A DNA stretch of 64,000 nucleotides, from NCBI GenBank assembly GCA_043814965.1, contig JBDRJN010000003.1, positions 68,564 through 132,563 on the forward strand, given 5' to 3'. A program made the position numbers and the translations under genes. Below, one piece after another: positions 1-9,066 of the stretch (position 1 is the stretch's first letter; each line of letters opens with the position of its first letter). The stretch comes from Candidatus Omnitrophota bacterium. Its GTDB lineage: Bacteria > Omnitrophota > Gorgyraeia > Gorgyraeales > Gorgyraeaceae. Below the pieces are notes generated by a model, which saw nothing but the letters and a program-made list of their open reading frames with translations, did not search any database and was not told the DNA's origin.

Positions 1-25
1 CCAGTAACGCCTATTATCATATTGA

Positions 26-2704
26 TCATAGCTCCTTTGTCTCAAGCCAGTTTCTTCCATATTTCAAACTGATCTTTGTCGGTATACGGAGTTTTATCGC
101 GCCTTCCATCTCTCTTTTAACGAGGTCCTTCATGACTTCCAATTCCTTTGCCGGGACCTCGAACACTAACTCATCATGCACCTGAAGGGTCATGATGGAC
201 CCAAGGCGCATTTCCCGGATCTTATTGTGTATAGCTATCATCGCTATCTTGATAAGATCCGCCGCCGAGCCTTGTATGGGAGCATTGATAGCTATCCTCT
301 CTGCTTGCTGCCGTTCTCTTATGTTTTCAGAAACTATCAGGGGAACATATCTACGCCTATTAAAAAGCGTCATCACATATCCCATATCCTTTGCATTCTC
401 TATAGTCTCGTCTATATAAAGTTTTACGCGTGGATATCTTTCAAAATAGTTCTCTATAAACTGCTGCGCGCTCTGAGGGTCTATAGAAAGGCTTCTCGAA
501 AGGCCAAAGGCGCTTATCCCATAGACTATACCAAAGTTTACTGCCTTGGCGTTGTTTCGCATATCCTGCGTGACATCCTTTTCATCGACATCGAATATCA
601 ATGAAGCTGTATGAGTATGGACATCCCTGTCTTCCTCAAAAGTTTTTATCAATTCTTCGTCCCTCGATAGATGCGCGAGTATCCTCAGCTCTATCTGAGA
701 ATAATCAGCTGACATGATAAAGGTGTCTTTCTCTCCTATAAAAGCGCCTCTTATTTTCCTTCCCTCTACGGTCTTTACAGGGATATTCTGGAGATTTGGG
801 CTACTGGAAGAAAGCCTTCCGGTAGCAGTGATGGTCTGATTGAATGATGTATGAAGCCTCTTGGTCTCTTTATTTATAAGGCCAGGCAAGGCATCGATAT
901 AGGTTGACTTTAGCTTTGATAACTCCCTGTACCTCAAAAGTTCTTTTGGTAAAGGATGTAATGCGGACAATCTCTCCAATACCCCTACATCCGTAGAGTA
1001 TCCTGTCTTTGTCTTTTTGACTGTCGGCAGCGACATCTTCTCGAACAATATCTCTGCAAGCTGTTTAGGAGAATTTATGTTGAACTCCGTGCCGGCCATT
1101 TTATATATATTCTTTATTATAAGCGAGAGCTCTTCTTCCATCTCTTTGGATAGTTTCTTTAATAGCCCTGTGTCTATCTTTACGCCTCTCTCTTCCATAC
1201 AAGAAAGCACATCCACCAGGGGGAGTTCTATTTCCCTGAACAACTTGTCCAATTCTTTCTCGAAAAGCAATTTCTCTAATATCTTCTTAAGCCTGAATGT
1301 AACGTCAGCGTCTTCACATGAATATTCGGATATCTTTTCTATGGGCACCTTATCTATACCTATCTTGTCCTTCCCCTTGCCTACCAACTCCTCAAAAGAT
1401 ATCATCTTGTGATCTAGATATTCCAAAGACAGGTCATCTAGATTATGATTTATCTTTGAAGGGTTCAATAGATAAGAAGCTATCATAGTATCAAAATCTA
1501 TGCCTTTTAGGTCAATGCCATGCCTGGAAAGAATGATCTTCTCATACTTTATATTCTGTCCTATTTTCTTAATAGCGCCATTCTCTAGTATTGGCCTTAA
1601 ATATCCGAGAAGCTCATCCGACCTTATCTTTTGGCCTATAACTATATAATATGCCATAGCCTCTTCCCACGAGAAAGATATCCCTACAAGCTCTGCCTCG
1701 AGCGGATCTTTACTGGTAGTCTCGAAATCCATAGAGAATTCTTTTTGTTTTTTAAGTAACTCCATGAAATCTGCCAACTCTTTTTTGCCAGAGATCGTCT
1801 TATAAACAGATTCTTCTCTAAGGCTTGAAGCGCTTGACAGGATCTCCTTGGCCAGGCTTTTAAACTCAAGCTCTTTGAACATACTTAAAAGCCTTTCAGG
1901 ATCAGCATCCTTGATCTCAATGTCTTCCAGCTTCATATCTATAGGTGTATTTATATCCAAGATCGCTAATTTTTTTGATAAAAATGCGTTTTCCCTGCCT
2001 TCCAAAAGCAACTTTTTTCTGGATTGACTCTCTATCTCTTCTATGTTTTCGTACAGGTTCTCTATATTCTTGAACCTACTTATAAGTTCTATAGCGGTCT
2101 TTTCGCCTATACCGTGCACTCCCGGTATATTGTCAATAGCATCTCCCATGAGGCCAACAATGTCTACGATGTTATCGGGCTCTACACCAAATCGTTCTTT
2201 AATGTATTTCTTATCATATACAATACCGTCTTTTTGGGTGTTATATACCTTTACATTATCAGTGACCAATTGTAAGGCATCCTTATCCCCTGTAACAATA
2301 TAGACCTCTAAACCTTTCTTTGATAGAAAGCTTGCGATCGTAGCCAATACATCATCAGCTTCAAAACCGGTTTTTTCGAATATCGCTATATTATAAGCCT
2401 TTAGCATATCTTTTATTATGGGTATCTGCATCACGAGCTCGTCTGGCATGGGTTTACGCTGTATTTTGTATTCCTTGAACTCATCATGCCTGAAAGTAGG
2501 CCCCTTGAGATCGAACGCAACAGCTATGTAGCCGAGCCTTTTATCTGCCAAGAGCTTCTTAAGCATCAGCAAGAACCCGTAGACAGCATTTGTCGGCTGT
2601 CCTCCCGAGGTCCTTAATTCCTTTATTGCATAATAAGCCCTGTAGCAATAGGAATTACCGTCTATTAGAAAGGCCTTTTTATTTTTTTTAGCACCAGGGG
2701 TCAT
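26..2704 (-). CDS. polA: DNA polymerase I (5'-3' exonuclease plus Klenow-like polymerase)
   Basis: 892 aa; N-terminal 5'-3' exonuclease/FEN region (LIDGNSYCYRAYYA), C-terminal family A polymerase motifs (RRxxKxxNFGxxYG, QVHDELVFE). Confidence 0.95.
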   Translation of the reverse strand: MTPGAKKNKKAFLIDGNSYCYRAYYAIKELRTSGGQPTNAVYGFLLMLKKLLADKRLGYIAVAFDLKGPTFRHDEFKEYKIQRKPMPDELVMQIPIIKDMLKAYNIAIFEKTGFEADDVLATIASFLSKKGLEVYIVTGDKDALQLVTDNVKVYNTQKDGIVYDKKYIKERFGVEPDNIVDIVGLMGDAIDNIPGVHGIGEKTAIELISRFKNIENLYENIEEIESQSRKKLLLEGRENAFLSKKLAILDINTPIDMKLEDIEIKDADPERLLSMFKELEFKSLAKEILSSASSLREESVYKTISGKKELADFMELLKKQKEFSMDFETTSKDPLEAELVGISFSWEEAMAYYIVIGQKIRSDELLGYLRPILENGAIKKIGQNIKYEKIILSRHGIDLKGIDFDTMIASYLLNPSKINHNLDDLSLEYLDHKMISFEELVGKGKDKIGIDKVPIEKISEYSCEDADVTFRLKKILEKLLFEKELDKLFREIELPLVDVLSCMEERGVKIDTGLLKKLSKEMEEELSLIIKNIYKMAGTEFNINSPKQLAEILFEKMSLPTVKKTKTGYSTDVGVLERLSALHPLPKELLRYRELSKLKSTYIDALPGLINKETKRLHTSFNQTITATGRLSSSSPNLQNIPVKTVEGRKIRGAFIGEKDTFIMSADYSQIELRILAHLSRDEELIKTFEEDRDVHTHTASLIFDVDEKDVTQDMRNNAKAVNFGIVYGISAFGLSRSLSIDPQSAQQFIENYFERYPRVKLYIDETIENAKDMGYVMTLFNRRRYVPLIVSENIRERQQAERIAINAPIQGSAADLIKIAMIAIHNKIREMRLGSIMTLQVHDELVFEVPAKELEVMKDLVKREMEGAIKLRIPTKISLKYGRNWLETKEL

Positions 2705-2829
2705 TCTAGATCGTTATAATGCATATAAAGATATTGACAGAGTTTTTATCAGGATTTCTCATCTTAATCTAATCAGGGATTACTTCTTAATAAATGGAAG
2801 GGTTATGTACACTTTTTAGGAATAAAGTA

Positions 2830-4008
2830 TTATTCCGGCAAAATATTAAGTATTGCCTCGAATTCTTTTTTTGCGCGCTTATAGTCGTTCTGACGATAAA
2901 GCATAATACCTTCTTTGTAATGATCTCCTATCCTCTCCTCCTTCATTTTATTTTTTATAGACTTCTCGAGCTCCATCAGGGAAGCGTCTTCCGGATAATT
3001 CTTCCTGGCAGCTCTGATGGTATTGAGAGCCTTGGCATGTTCACCGTTCTTATAATAATTTCTAGCACTAAGATAGTAACTTCTTGCGTTGCTGTCGAAT
3101 GCCTTTTCTTTGTATTTCTTGGGGGTCCTAGTTGTACTTTTCTTCCCCTTCTTCAGTCTTTCTTCGGCTAATTTTAATGACTTTTCGAGTTCTTTATCTA
3201 TATCTTTCTTGTCGGTCTTCTTGATGGCTTCTGCTTTTTTCTTTTTAGCGGTCTCTTTTTTGGGCTTGGGAGATTTTTCTTTTGAAGCCTTCTTTTTATC
3301 TTTTTTGGCTTCTTTTTCCTCGGCCTCAGATATTTTCTTTTCTTTTTTTGCTGAGGCGGGTTTTTCCTTCTTTGACCCTAGCCTGGCCCATCCGCTAGTG
3401 TCCTTTTGATCTTTTTTACTGTCTTTTTTCGAGGCCTCTTTTTTTGTGTCTTCTTTTTTCTTGTCTTTCGTAGGTCCTTTTATATCATCCGCCTCTCGCT
3501 GCTGTAATGTATCTTTTAATATCTTGGCTTCTTCTTTTTCATCCAGGAGCCCCTGCTGTATAAGCTTCTTTTTTGCTTCCTGAGTCCACAGATCATTAGG
3601 ATTGCCGAGCTTATACCTCTTCATCCAAAAAAATGAAGCCTTTTCAGGCTCACCTTTTCTTTCATAGAAAAGAGCCAGGTTTGTGTGGGCTTTTTCATAA
3701 TTAGGGTCTATAGCCAAAGCCTTCTTGTAAGATAACTCTGCTCTATCCAGCCAACCTTTCGCCTCATAAAGTATCCCAAGATCATTATGCGGAGCTGCAT
3801 AATTGATATCAAGACTGGCTGACTTTTGATACCAAGAGATAGCGTCGTCTATATCGCCTCTCTCCTGAGCTTCGTATCCCATCTTACGATAAGATACGGC
3901 ATCGTCTTTTAGCTTTACGCCGGAATAGACGGTATCATTGCTCATAAAAATAACTACAAATAAAAAGAAAAGATATATAATGGTATATTTTGTAAAACTT
4001 TTTGTCAT
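2830..4008 (-). CDS. TPR-repeat protein with N-terminal TM anchor and a long Lys/Glu-rich low-complexity linker
   Basis: N-terminal hydrophobic helix; TPR-like helical repeats (AxxYxxALxxDPNY) flank a ~150 aa KKE/KKD-rich segment. Confidence 0.65.
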   Translation of the reverse strand: MTKSFTKYTIIYLFFLFVVIFMSNDTVYSGVKLKDDAVSYRKMGYEAQERGDIDDAISWYQKSASLDINYAAPHNDLGILYEAKGWLDRAELSYKKALAIDPNYEKAHTNLALFYERKGEPEKASFFWMKRYKLGNPNDLWTQEAKKKLIQQGLLDEKEEAKILKDTLQQREADDIKGPTKDKKKEDTKKEASKKDSKKDQKDTSGWARLGSKKEKPASAKKEKKISEAEEKEAKKDKKKASKEKSPKPKKETAKKKKAEAIKKTDKKDIDKELEKSLKLAEERLKKGKKSTTRTPKKYKEKAFDSNARSYYLSARNYYKNGEHAKALNTIRAARKNYPEDASLMELEKSIKNKMKEERIGDHYKEGIMLYRQNDYKRAKKEFEAILNILPE

Positions 4009-4089
4009 CTACCAACTCCTTTTTTGACAAGTGTATCATACATATGCTATGGCGTCAAGTTAAAATTAGTAAGGAATATACTATATCCC

Positions 4090-5571
4090 TTACTCTTTAA
4101 TAAAGTTAGAAAAACGGCCTCCCGTAAGGGCATCCAGGTCCGCGGTGAGTTCTTGTATCCTTAGGTCAAGATCTATTTTTTCTTTAATGTCTTTAGTGTC
4201 AGAGTAATGTTTTTCCAAGACAAGTCTTCTGCGCTCAAAATATACCCTGGTCACCTCGTCCATGATATCGTCTCGCAGCTGTACCATTAACTTAGACCTG
4301 GTATCTATTGAGGTCTGAGATTCGTTCCAGACCAAATCGCCCAGGTCCCATGACAGACTGACGCCCCAATCATGAGGCCCTGTATAATACCTGTCACTCC
4401 CGCTGTCATAGGTAACAGTCTTATCGTAGTCTAAAGACAAGTCGGGAAGTATTGCCTTGACCTTGGCCTTCCTCCTCCAGGACCTTATTTTATCAGGATG
4501 GACTTCAGCATAATCTATCGCATCGCCTTGCACATCATTTATAGTGGGCTCATATTTAAATAAAGAACTAAAGATATCTTCTTGTGTCATATTTTTTAGA
4601 AAGGGCCTGTCTATGTTAGTCTTATATAGCCCTTTATTCGAAGCAACCAATATCAGGCCTTTACTGCTTATTGAGATATCGTTTATCACAGAACTTCCTA
4701 TGCCCTTATACAATGTTATCCATCTTTTCATATCTTTATCAAATAAAAAGACATTTCCGGCAGTAACAGCATACATATCATCCCCTAGACGATCCATCTT
4801 TTTTACTGCCTTGGAATCCAGGCCTTCAAGTTCAAACCTCCTCCAGCTAACCCCTTTATCAGAAGTCACAAATATCCCCTTGGTTGTAGTGATAAATAGT
4901 TCTTTGTCCTTTACCAGTATACTATTCATGGAACTTGAGATATCGCTTTCGTATTCCTCCTCTACATCATAATCAGGCTCTTCGGCTGTCGAAGAAACAA
5001 ATACCCTGTCCCATCCGAATTGGTTATTTTTATAAAGCCCGTTGTCTGATATCACAAATATATCCTCTCCCAGAAAATCTATCCATTCAATACCCAATCC
5101 AGCTACCTTTCCAAAGACATTGTCCCAGGTCGATCCCTTATCATGGCTGATAAACAAGCCTTTTTTTGTACCAACATAGACCAGGCCATCCTTAAAAGCA
5201 ATGTACTTGGCGCTCTTGGTTTCCGCAATACCCTTAAATACATCCTGCCATCCAGTTACTCCACCTATACTCCTAAAGACACCTTTTTCTGTCAACACAA
5301 AGACTTCTTGATCTATTATACCTATAAAATTTATACTATCCTCGATCGTAACAGAAAAGACTCCCTTCCAGGTCAAGCCCATGTCGCTGCTTCTATATAG
5401 CCTCTTCGAACTTGCCGCATATATAACTCCAAACTCATCTATAGCGACTTCTTTGATGTCAGGGTCTTTTATACCTCCTATAAGCTCCCAGCTTGTGCTG
5501 GAAAAGCAAGGCCTCTCTAGAGAAAAAAAGAACACAAAAAACAGCACTAAGATAGCATGAAACGCCTTCAT
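4090..5571 (-). CDS. secreted hypothetical protein with BNR/Ycf48-like (S-x-D-x-G-x-T-W) beta-propeller repeats
   Basis: Signal peptide (MKAFHAILVLFFVFFFSLE); three BNR-like motifs (SSDMGLTWKGV, SHDKGSTWDNV, TSDKGVSWRRF); C-terminal coiled-coil-like tail. Confidence 0.5.
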   Translation of the reverse strand: MKAFHAILVLFFVFFFSLERPCFSSTSWELIGGIKDPDIKEVAIDEFGVIYAASSKRLYRSSDMGLTWKGVFSVTIEDSINFIGIIDQEVFVLTEKGVFRSIGGVTGWQDVFKGIAETKSAKYIAFKDGLVYVGTKKGLFISHDKGSTWDNVFGKVAGLGIEWIDFLGEDIFVISDNGLYKNNQFGWDRVFVSSTAEEPDYDVEEEYESDISSSMNSILVKDKELFITTTKGIFVTSDKGVSWRRFELEGLDSKAVKKMDRLGDDMYAVTAGNVFLFDKDMKRWITLYKGIGSSVINDISISSKGLILVASNKGLYKTNIDRPFLKNMTQEDIFSSLFKYEPTINDVQGDAIDYAEVHPDKIRSWRRKAKVKAILPDLSLDYDKTVTYDSGSDRYYTGPHDWGVSLSWDLGDLVWNESQTSIDTRSKLMVQLRDDIMDEVTRVYFERRRLVLEKHYSDTKDIKEKIDLDLRIQELTADLDALTGGRFSNFIKE

Positions 5572-5663
5572 GGCACACCTCCTTAAAAATATAGATATTC
5601 GGGCTTGATTTGTCTCATACAGAATAGACTGGGTTTAAACTAGGGGTAATAAAAGAATAATCT

Positions 5664-6086
5664 CTAGCCAGAAAGAGACTTTAAAAAATCTTGTATTTTT
5701 TTCTTTGTACTCTCTTTAAGGTCCATAAAAGAGACTCCTGCATTATATATCATCTTTTCGCCTTTTACATACTGTACTTTTGTAAGGGCTTCGATGGTAT
5801 CCCTGCCGCCAAAGATAGGAGGGTCTACTTTTGTGGAAAGAACCGTATTTATGGAAAGTTTTTTACTTATAGCAAAAGACGCGCCGCCCGCACTGATATC
5901 CCTGCCCTGGGAGATATCCCATTTTGCATCAGGGTCCTTTGCATCTTTATATCTTACTATGAAACCGACATTGAACCTGGGGGATTTTCTCTTTTCCGTA
6001 ACAGATGCACCTAGGTACATCTCGCAGTGAGGGCACTCATCAAGATGCTCTTCTATATTCTCTAAACAAAACTGGCAGGTTTTCAT
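5664..6086 (-). CDS. PilZ-domain protein with N-terminal C4 zinc ribbon (putative c-di-GMP receptor)
   Basis: CxxC...CxxC at the N-terminus; PilZ signatures RxxxR (KRKSPRFNV) and DxSxGG (DISAGGASF). Confidence 0.7.
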   Translation of the reverse strand: MKTCQFCLENIEEHLDECPHCEMYLGASVTEKRKSPRFNVGFIVRYKDAKDPDAKWDISQGRDISAGGASFAISKKLSINTVLSTKVDPPIFGGRDTIEALTKVQYVKGEKMIYNAGVSFMDLKESTKKKIQDFLKSLSG

Positions 6087-6197
6087 AGCTATACCTTTGT
6101 ATGGTACTAAAAGCCTTTGAGGGGAGACTATCTTTATAGTATTATTGTACTACTTTTGCATGATCTAGGCAATAAAAATTTATCCCTCTAAAAAAGG

Positions 6198-6345
6198 TAG
6201 GGGAGCTTTAAAGCTCCCCTACTGTTGTAGACAGGGTTTAGGCGGGAGCGAAAAAGAAAACGGTGTAAAATTTTCACGCTGGGAAAATTTTACGTCCTCG
6301 AAAGCAGTGCTCACGGGCAGCCAAGAGCAACCTTTGCCCTTAAAT
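6198..6345 (-). repeat. composite stem-loop intergenic repeat: GTAGGGGAGC palindrome plus AT-stem hairpin module, inverted copy of the element at 45265-45500
   Basis: Perfect palindrome gtaggggagctttaaagctcccctac (6198-6222). Reverse complement of 6225-6290 reads cgtaaaattttcccagcgtgaaaattttacaccgttttctttttcgctcccgc, near-identical to 45325-45380. Confidence 0.6.
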
Positions 6346-6386
6346 TACTATCTAAATTGTACTATGTTGATATTCTATGGAAGGTA

Positions 6387-7220
6387 TTAAAAAACTTTTT
6401 TACGCAGGCTGTCTTTTAAGTCCAGATAATATTTTCCTTCTTCTTCTTTCCCATGCTTTATGCAGCCTGTACCATATATGCGGCATTTTTTTGAAAGCTC
6501 ATCCACGAGAAGCTTGGTTTGTTTATCGTCAAGATCGGATTCATCCAGCAGCTTTTGAAGAGCGGTTATCCTGAACTTATCCATACCTACTCTATGTAAA
6601 TATGACACCTGGTCTTTATGCCCCCCTTCTTTAGAGGTAAGGGGCTTATCTATCAAGAGGAAAGGGTGCTCTACGCTGACCCTCAACCAAAAATCATAAT
6701 CTTCACAACAAGGCAGGCCCTCATCAAAAAAACCTACCCTTTCAAGCAGCTCCTTCCTGATCATGGCTGTTGACATGCTGACAACGCATGCATTAAGGCA
6801 TCTGTCAAATATATACCCATGGTGCTTTTTGTGGATATTTTTCTGATTCAATATTTTTCTGTTCTTATACCATATTTCCTGGGTATGCGAGACAAGATAT
6901 GTGGGCTGGTTTTCCATCTCTCCAAGCTGTATCCAAAGTTTTTCCTTATCCCACCGATCATCTGAATCAAGAAATGCCACAAACGCGCCTTGCGCCTTTT
7001 TAATCCCTAGATTACGCGCGGAAGAAGGCCCCAGGTTGTCTTGCCTTAAACATTTTATCCGATCATCGGGGTAAGAATCAACTAAACTCCGAGTCTCGTC
7101 CTGAGAGCCATCATCTACTACGATAAGCTCAAAATCTTTATAAGTCTGATCCAGTACTGACTCTATGGCCCTTTTTAAAAAAAGGGCCCTGTTGTAAGTA
7201 GGTATGACTATGCTTATCAC
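6387..7220 (-). CDS. family 2 glycosyltransferase
   Basis: IVIPTYNRALFLKRAIESVLDQTYKDFELIVVDDGS, DSDD and ED motifs typical of GT2. Confidence 0.85.
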   Translation of the reverse strand: MISIVIPTYNRALFLKRAIESVLDQTYKDFELIVVDDGSQDETRSLVDSYPDDRIKCLRQDNLGPSSARNLGIKKAQGAFVAFLDSDDRWDKEKLWIQLGEMENQPTYLVSHTQEIWYKNRKILNQKNIHKKHHGYIFDRCLNACVVSMSTAMIRKELLERVGFFDEGLPCCEDYDFWLRVSVEHPFLLIDKPLTSKEGGHKDQVSYLHRVGMDKFRITALQKLLDESDLDDKQTKLLVDELSKKCRIYGTGCIKHGKEEEGKYYLDLKDSLRKKVF

Positions 7221-7426
7221 TTGCTTATATCAAGAGATTTGCGCAACTGAATCGGTATAGTTTTTAGATAAGCTACGTACCTATCCCAGGAGATATCTTG
7301 TTTTGTTTCCATAAACGGCACGCCTCTGGATGTGTTTTCCTCTTTGTATGTCTCCCACGCGCCGCTCTTTAGGAAGGTATAAAGGAATACAAGCAAAATC
7401 AATATAAAGAAAAACAGTTTTCTCAT
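7217..7426 (-). CDS. small membrane-anchored hypothetical protein
   Basis: 69 aa; N-terminal hydrophobic helix; 4 bp overlap with the downstream GT2 gene suggests co-translation. Confidence 0.35.
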   Translation of the reverse strand: MRKLFFFILILLVFLYTFLKSGAWETYKEENTSRGVPFMETKQDISWDRYVAYLKTIPIQLRKSLDISK

Positions 7427-7486
7427 CTCTTCCCCCTTTTTTTAAAGATGTCTTTCTGCCTGCGGGTGGCCCTGGCCTTCATCGTC

Positions 7487-8230
7487 TCACCTGTTTACAA
7501 TGCTTGCAAAATAACCTGCGCCAAATCCATTGTCTATATTTACCACGGTTACGCCTGGCGCGCAGGAATTGATCATTGTAAGAAGCGGTGCTATACCTTT
7601 AAAACTAGCGCCATATCCTATGCTCGTAGGTACAGCTATGACCGGGCTGGTAATAAGCCCAGCTACTACGCTTGCCAAAGCCCCCTCCATCCCAGCAGCC
7701 ACGATAACTACATTAGCTTTTCTCAAGTCATCTAGCTTATCAAATAACCTGTGTATGCCGGCTACCCCTACATCATATACAGCCTTTACGTTATTTCCCA
7801 TGACCTCCGCAGTGATCCTTGCCTCTTCAGCTACCGGCATATCGCTTGTGCCAGCTGTCAATACAAGGACTGTCTTTTTATTTTTAGGTTTTTTCTTTTT
7901 CAGGTAGATTATTCTGGCGAGTTCGTTGTATTGAAGGTCTTTGCGGGTCTCTTTCAAAAAGTCATAGAGTCTTCTACTGGCTCGTGTAAAAAGGATAAAG
8001 CTGGTCCTTTTTAAAATATCTTCCAGGATCTTCCTTACGTGCTCTGGCCTTTTACCCTCGCAATAGACGACTTCCGCAAAGCCCTTGCGCATTGCTCTAT
8101 GATGATCAAGGCGCGCAAAATTCAAGTCATTGTAAGGCAAGGTCTTTAATATGTCATACGCCTTTTTTACGCTGACTTTTTTATTATATAAGTCATTTAA
8201 TAGTGATCTGATCGGTTTTTTAAAGCTCAT
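7487..8230 (-). CDS. larB: LarB-like PurE-family carboxylase/hydrolase (nickel-pincer cofactor biosynthesis family, COG1691)
   Basis: 247 aa; ~110 aa N-terminal extension then a PurE/AIR-carboxylase-like fold (AGTSDMPVAEEA...VVIVAAGMEGALASVVAGLITSPVIAVPTS). Confidence 0.6.
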   Translation of the reverse strand: MSFKKPIRSLLNDLYNKKVSVKKAYDILKTLPYNDLNFARLDHHRAMRKGFAEVVYCEGKRPEHVRKILEDILKRTSFILFTRASRRLYDFLKETRKDLQYNELARIIYLKKKKPKNKKTVLVLTAGTSDMPVAEEARITAEVMGNNVKAVYDVGVAGIHRLFDKLDDLRKANVVIVAAGMEGALASVVAGLITSPVIAVPTSIGYGASFKGIAPLLTMINSCAPGVTVVNIDNGFGAGYFASIVNR

Positions 8231-8231
8231 T

Positions 8232-8525
8232 TTATTTAAAGATAAAGTATAAAATCACTATTATTGAGATCCCTGATAAGATATAGAAGTCGTTGAAATA
8301 AAATACATCCTTGATCTTGTCAGATAAAAGGCCGGGCCCTGCCTTGCCTGATGAAAAAACGCCTTTTTTACGATAAATATCGAGGTCTTCTACTTTAAAT
8401 CTTACATAGACCCCTCCTATTTTGTAAGAAGGTATTTTCTCTGTTTTTACAAATTCGCTTAACTCGTCTTCCTTGATACCAAGATAATTACTAGCTTCTC
8501 TTAAAGTCAAAAATTTTTTCATCAT
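8232..8525 (-). CDS. excisionase/MerR-type HTH (HTH_17) protein with C-terminal transmembrane anchor
   Basis: N-terminal LTLREASNYLGIKEDELSEFVKTEKIPSYKIGGVYVRF HTH_17-like; C-terminal hydrophobic FYILSGISIIVILYFIF. Confidence 0.6.
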   Translation of the reverse strand: MMKKFLTLREASNYLGIKEDELSEFVKTEKIPSYKIGGVYVRFKVEDLDIYRKKGVFSSGKAGPGLLSDKIKDVFYFNDFYILSGISIIVILYFIFK

Positions 8526-8540
8526 CTTAAAAAATTCTTT

Positions 8541-9062
8541 CTAAGCGGATTTCTCTTTTGCTATCCATTCATCCACTACTTGCCTGTCAAATTTCCATTC
8601 GTTCTCTTCTCTGACTGCCGGCAGTTTTCCGGCCTTTGCCCAGTTAAGGATATTCGATTCATCTACTTCCAGGTATGCGGCGAGTTCTCTTGCATTAAAA
8701 AAACTTTCCTTTTTACCTGACAAGATGCTCATCATATCACATTTACCCTGCAAAACAGCCCCTGGCTCGATACCTAACCTTGGAGTCGTGATGTCTCCGA
8801 TCACGTGGGCGCGGGAAAGGATCTTAAGGTCTTTGGACGCGACCACGTTTCCTGTGATCTTGCCTCCCACAATGATCTCCTCGCCCTGTATGTCTGCTTT
8901 TACAGTGGCATTCTCTCCTATCGTAAGAGATCCTTTCGTATCCAATTTTCCATCAAAGCTGCCATTGATCCTGAGGTTAACAGGGTCTTTAAATGTAAGC
9001 GTACCTTGCATGCTAGCATCAACATCAAGTATTTTTTCCTCTACCTTATCACGTCTTGCCAT
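8541..9062 (-). CDS. bactofilin-domain protein fused to a C-terminal excisionase-type HTH (HTH_17) domain
   Basis: Bactofilin beta-helix repeats (LTFKDPVNLRINGSFDGKLDTKGSLTIGENATVKADIQGEEIIVGGKITGNV). C-terminal ELAAYLEVDESNILNWAKAGKLPAVREENEWKFDRQVVDEWI. Start placed at the ATG with an AAAGGGGG RBS 8 nt upstream. Confidence 0.7.
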   Translation of the reverse strand: MARRDKVEEKILDVDASMQGTLTFKDPVNLRINGSFDGKLDTKGSLTIGENATVKADIQGEEIIVGGKITGNVVASKDLKILSRAHVIGDITTPRLGIEPGAVLQGKCDMMSILSGKKESFFNARELAAYLEVDESNILNWAKAGKLPAVREENEWKFDRQVVDEWIAKEKSA

Positions 9063-9066
9063 TTCT

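Noticed and set aside
176-2303. Plus-strand ORFs (61-142 aa) inside the polA locus
   Set aside because: Entirely antisense to a high-confidence polA CDS; low-complexity translations with no recognisable domains. Typical shadow ORFs of an AT-rich genome.
3150-3480. Apparent DNA-level tandem repeats (ttctttttt / cttcttttt)
   Set aside because: They are the coding sequence of the Lys/Glu-rich low-complexity linker of the TPR protein, not a non-coding repeat or CRISPR-like array.
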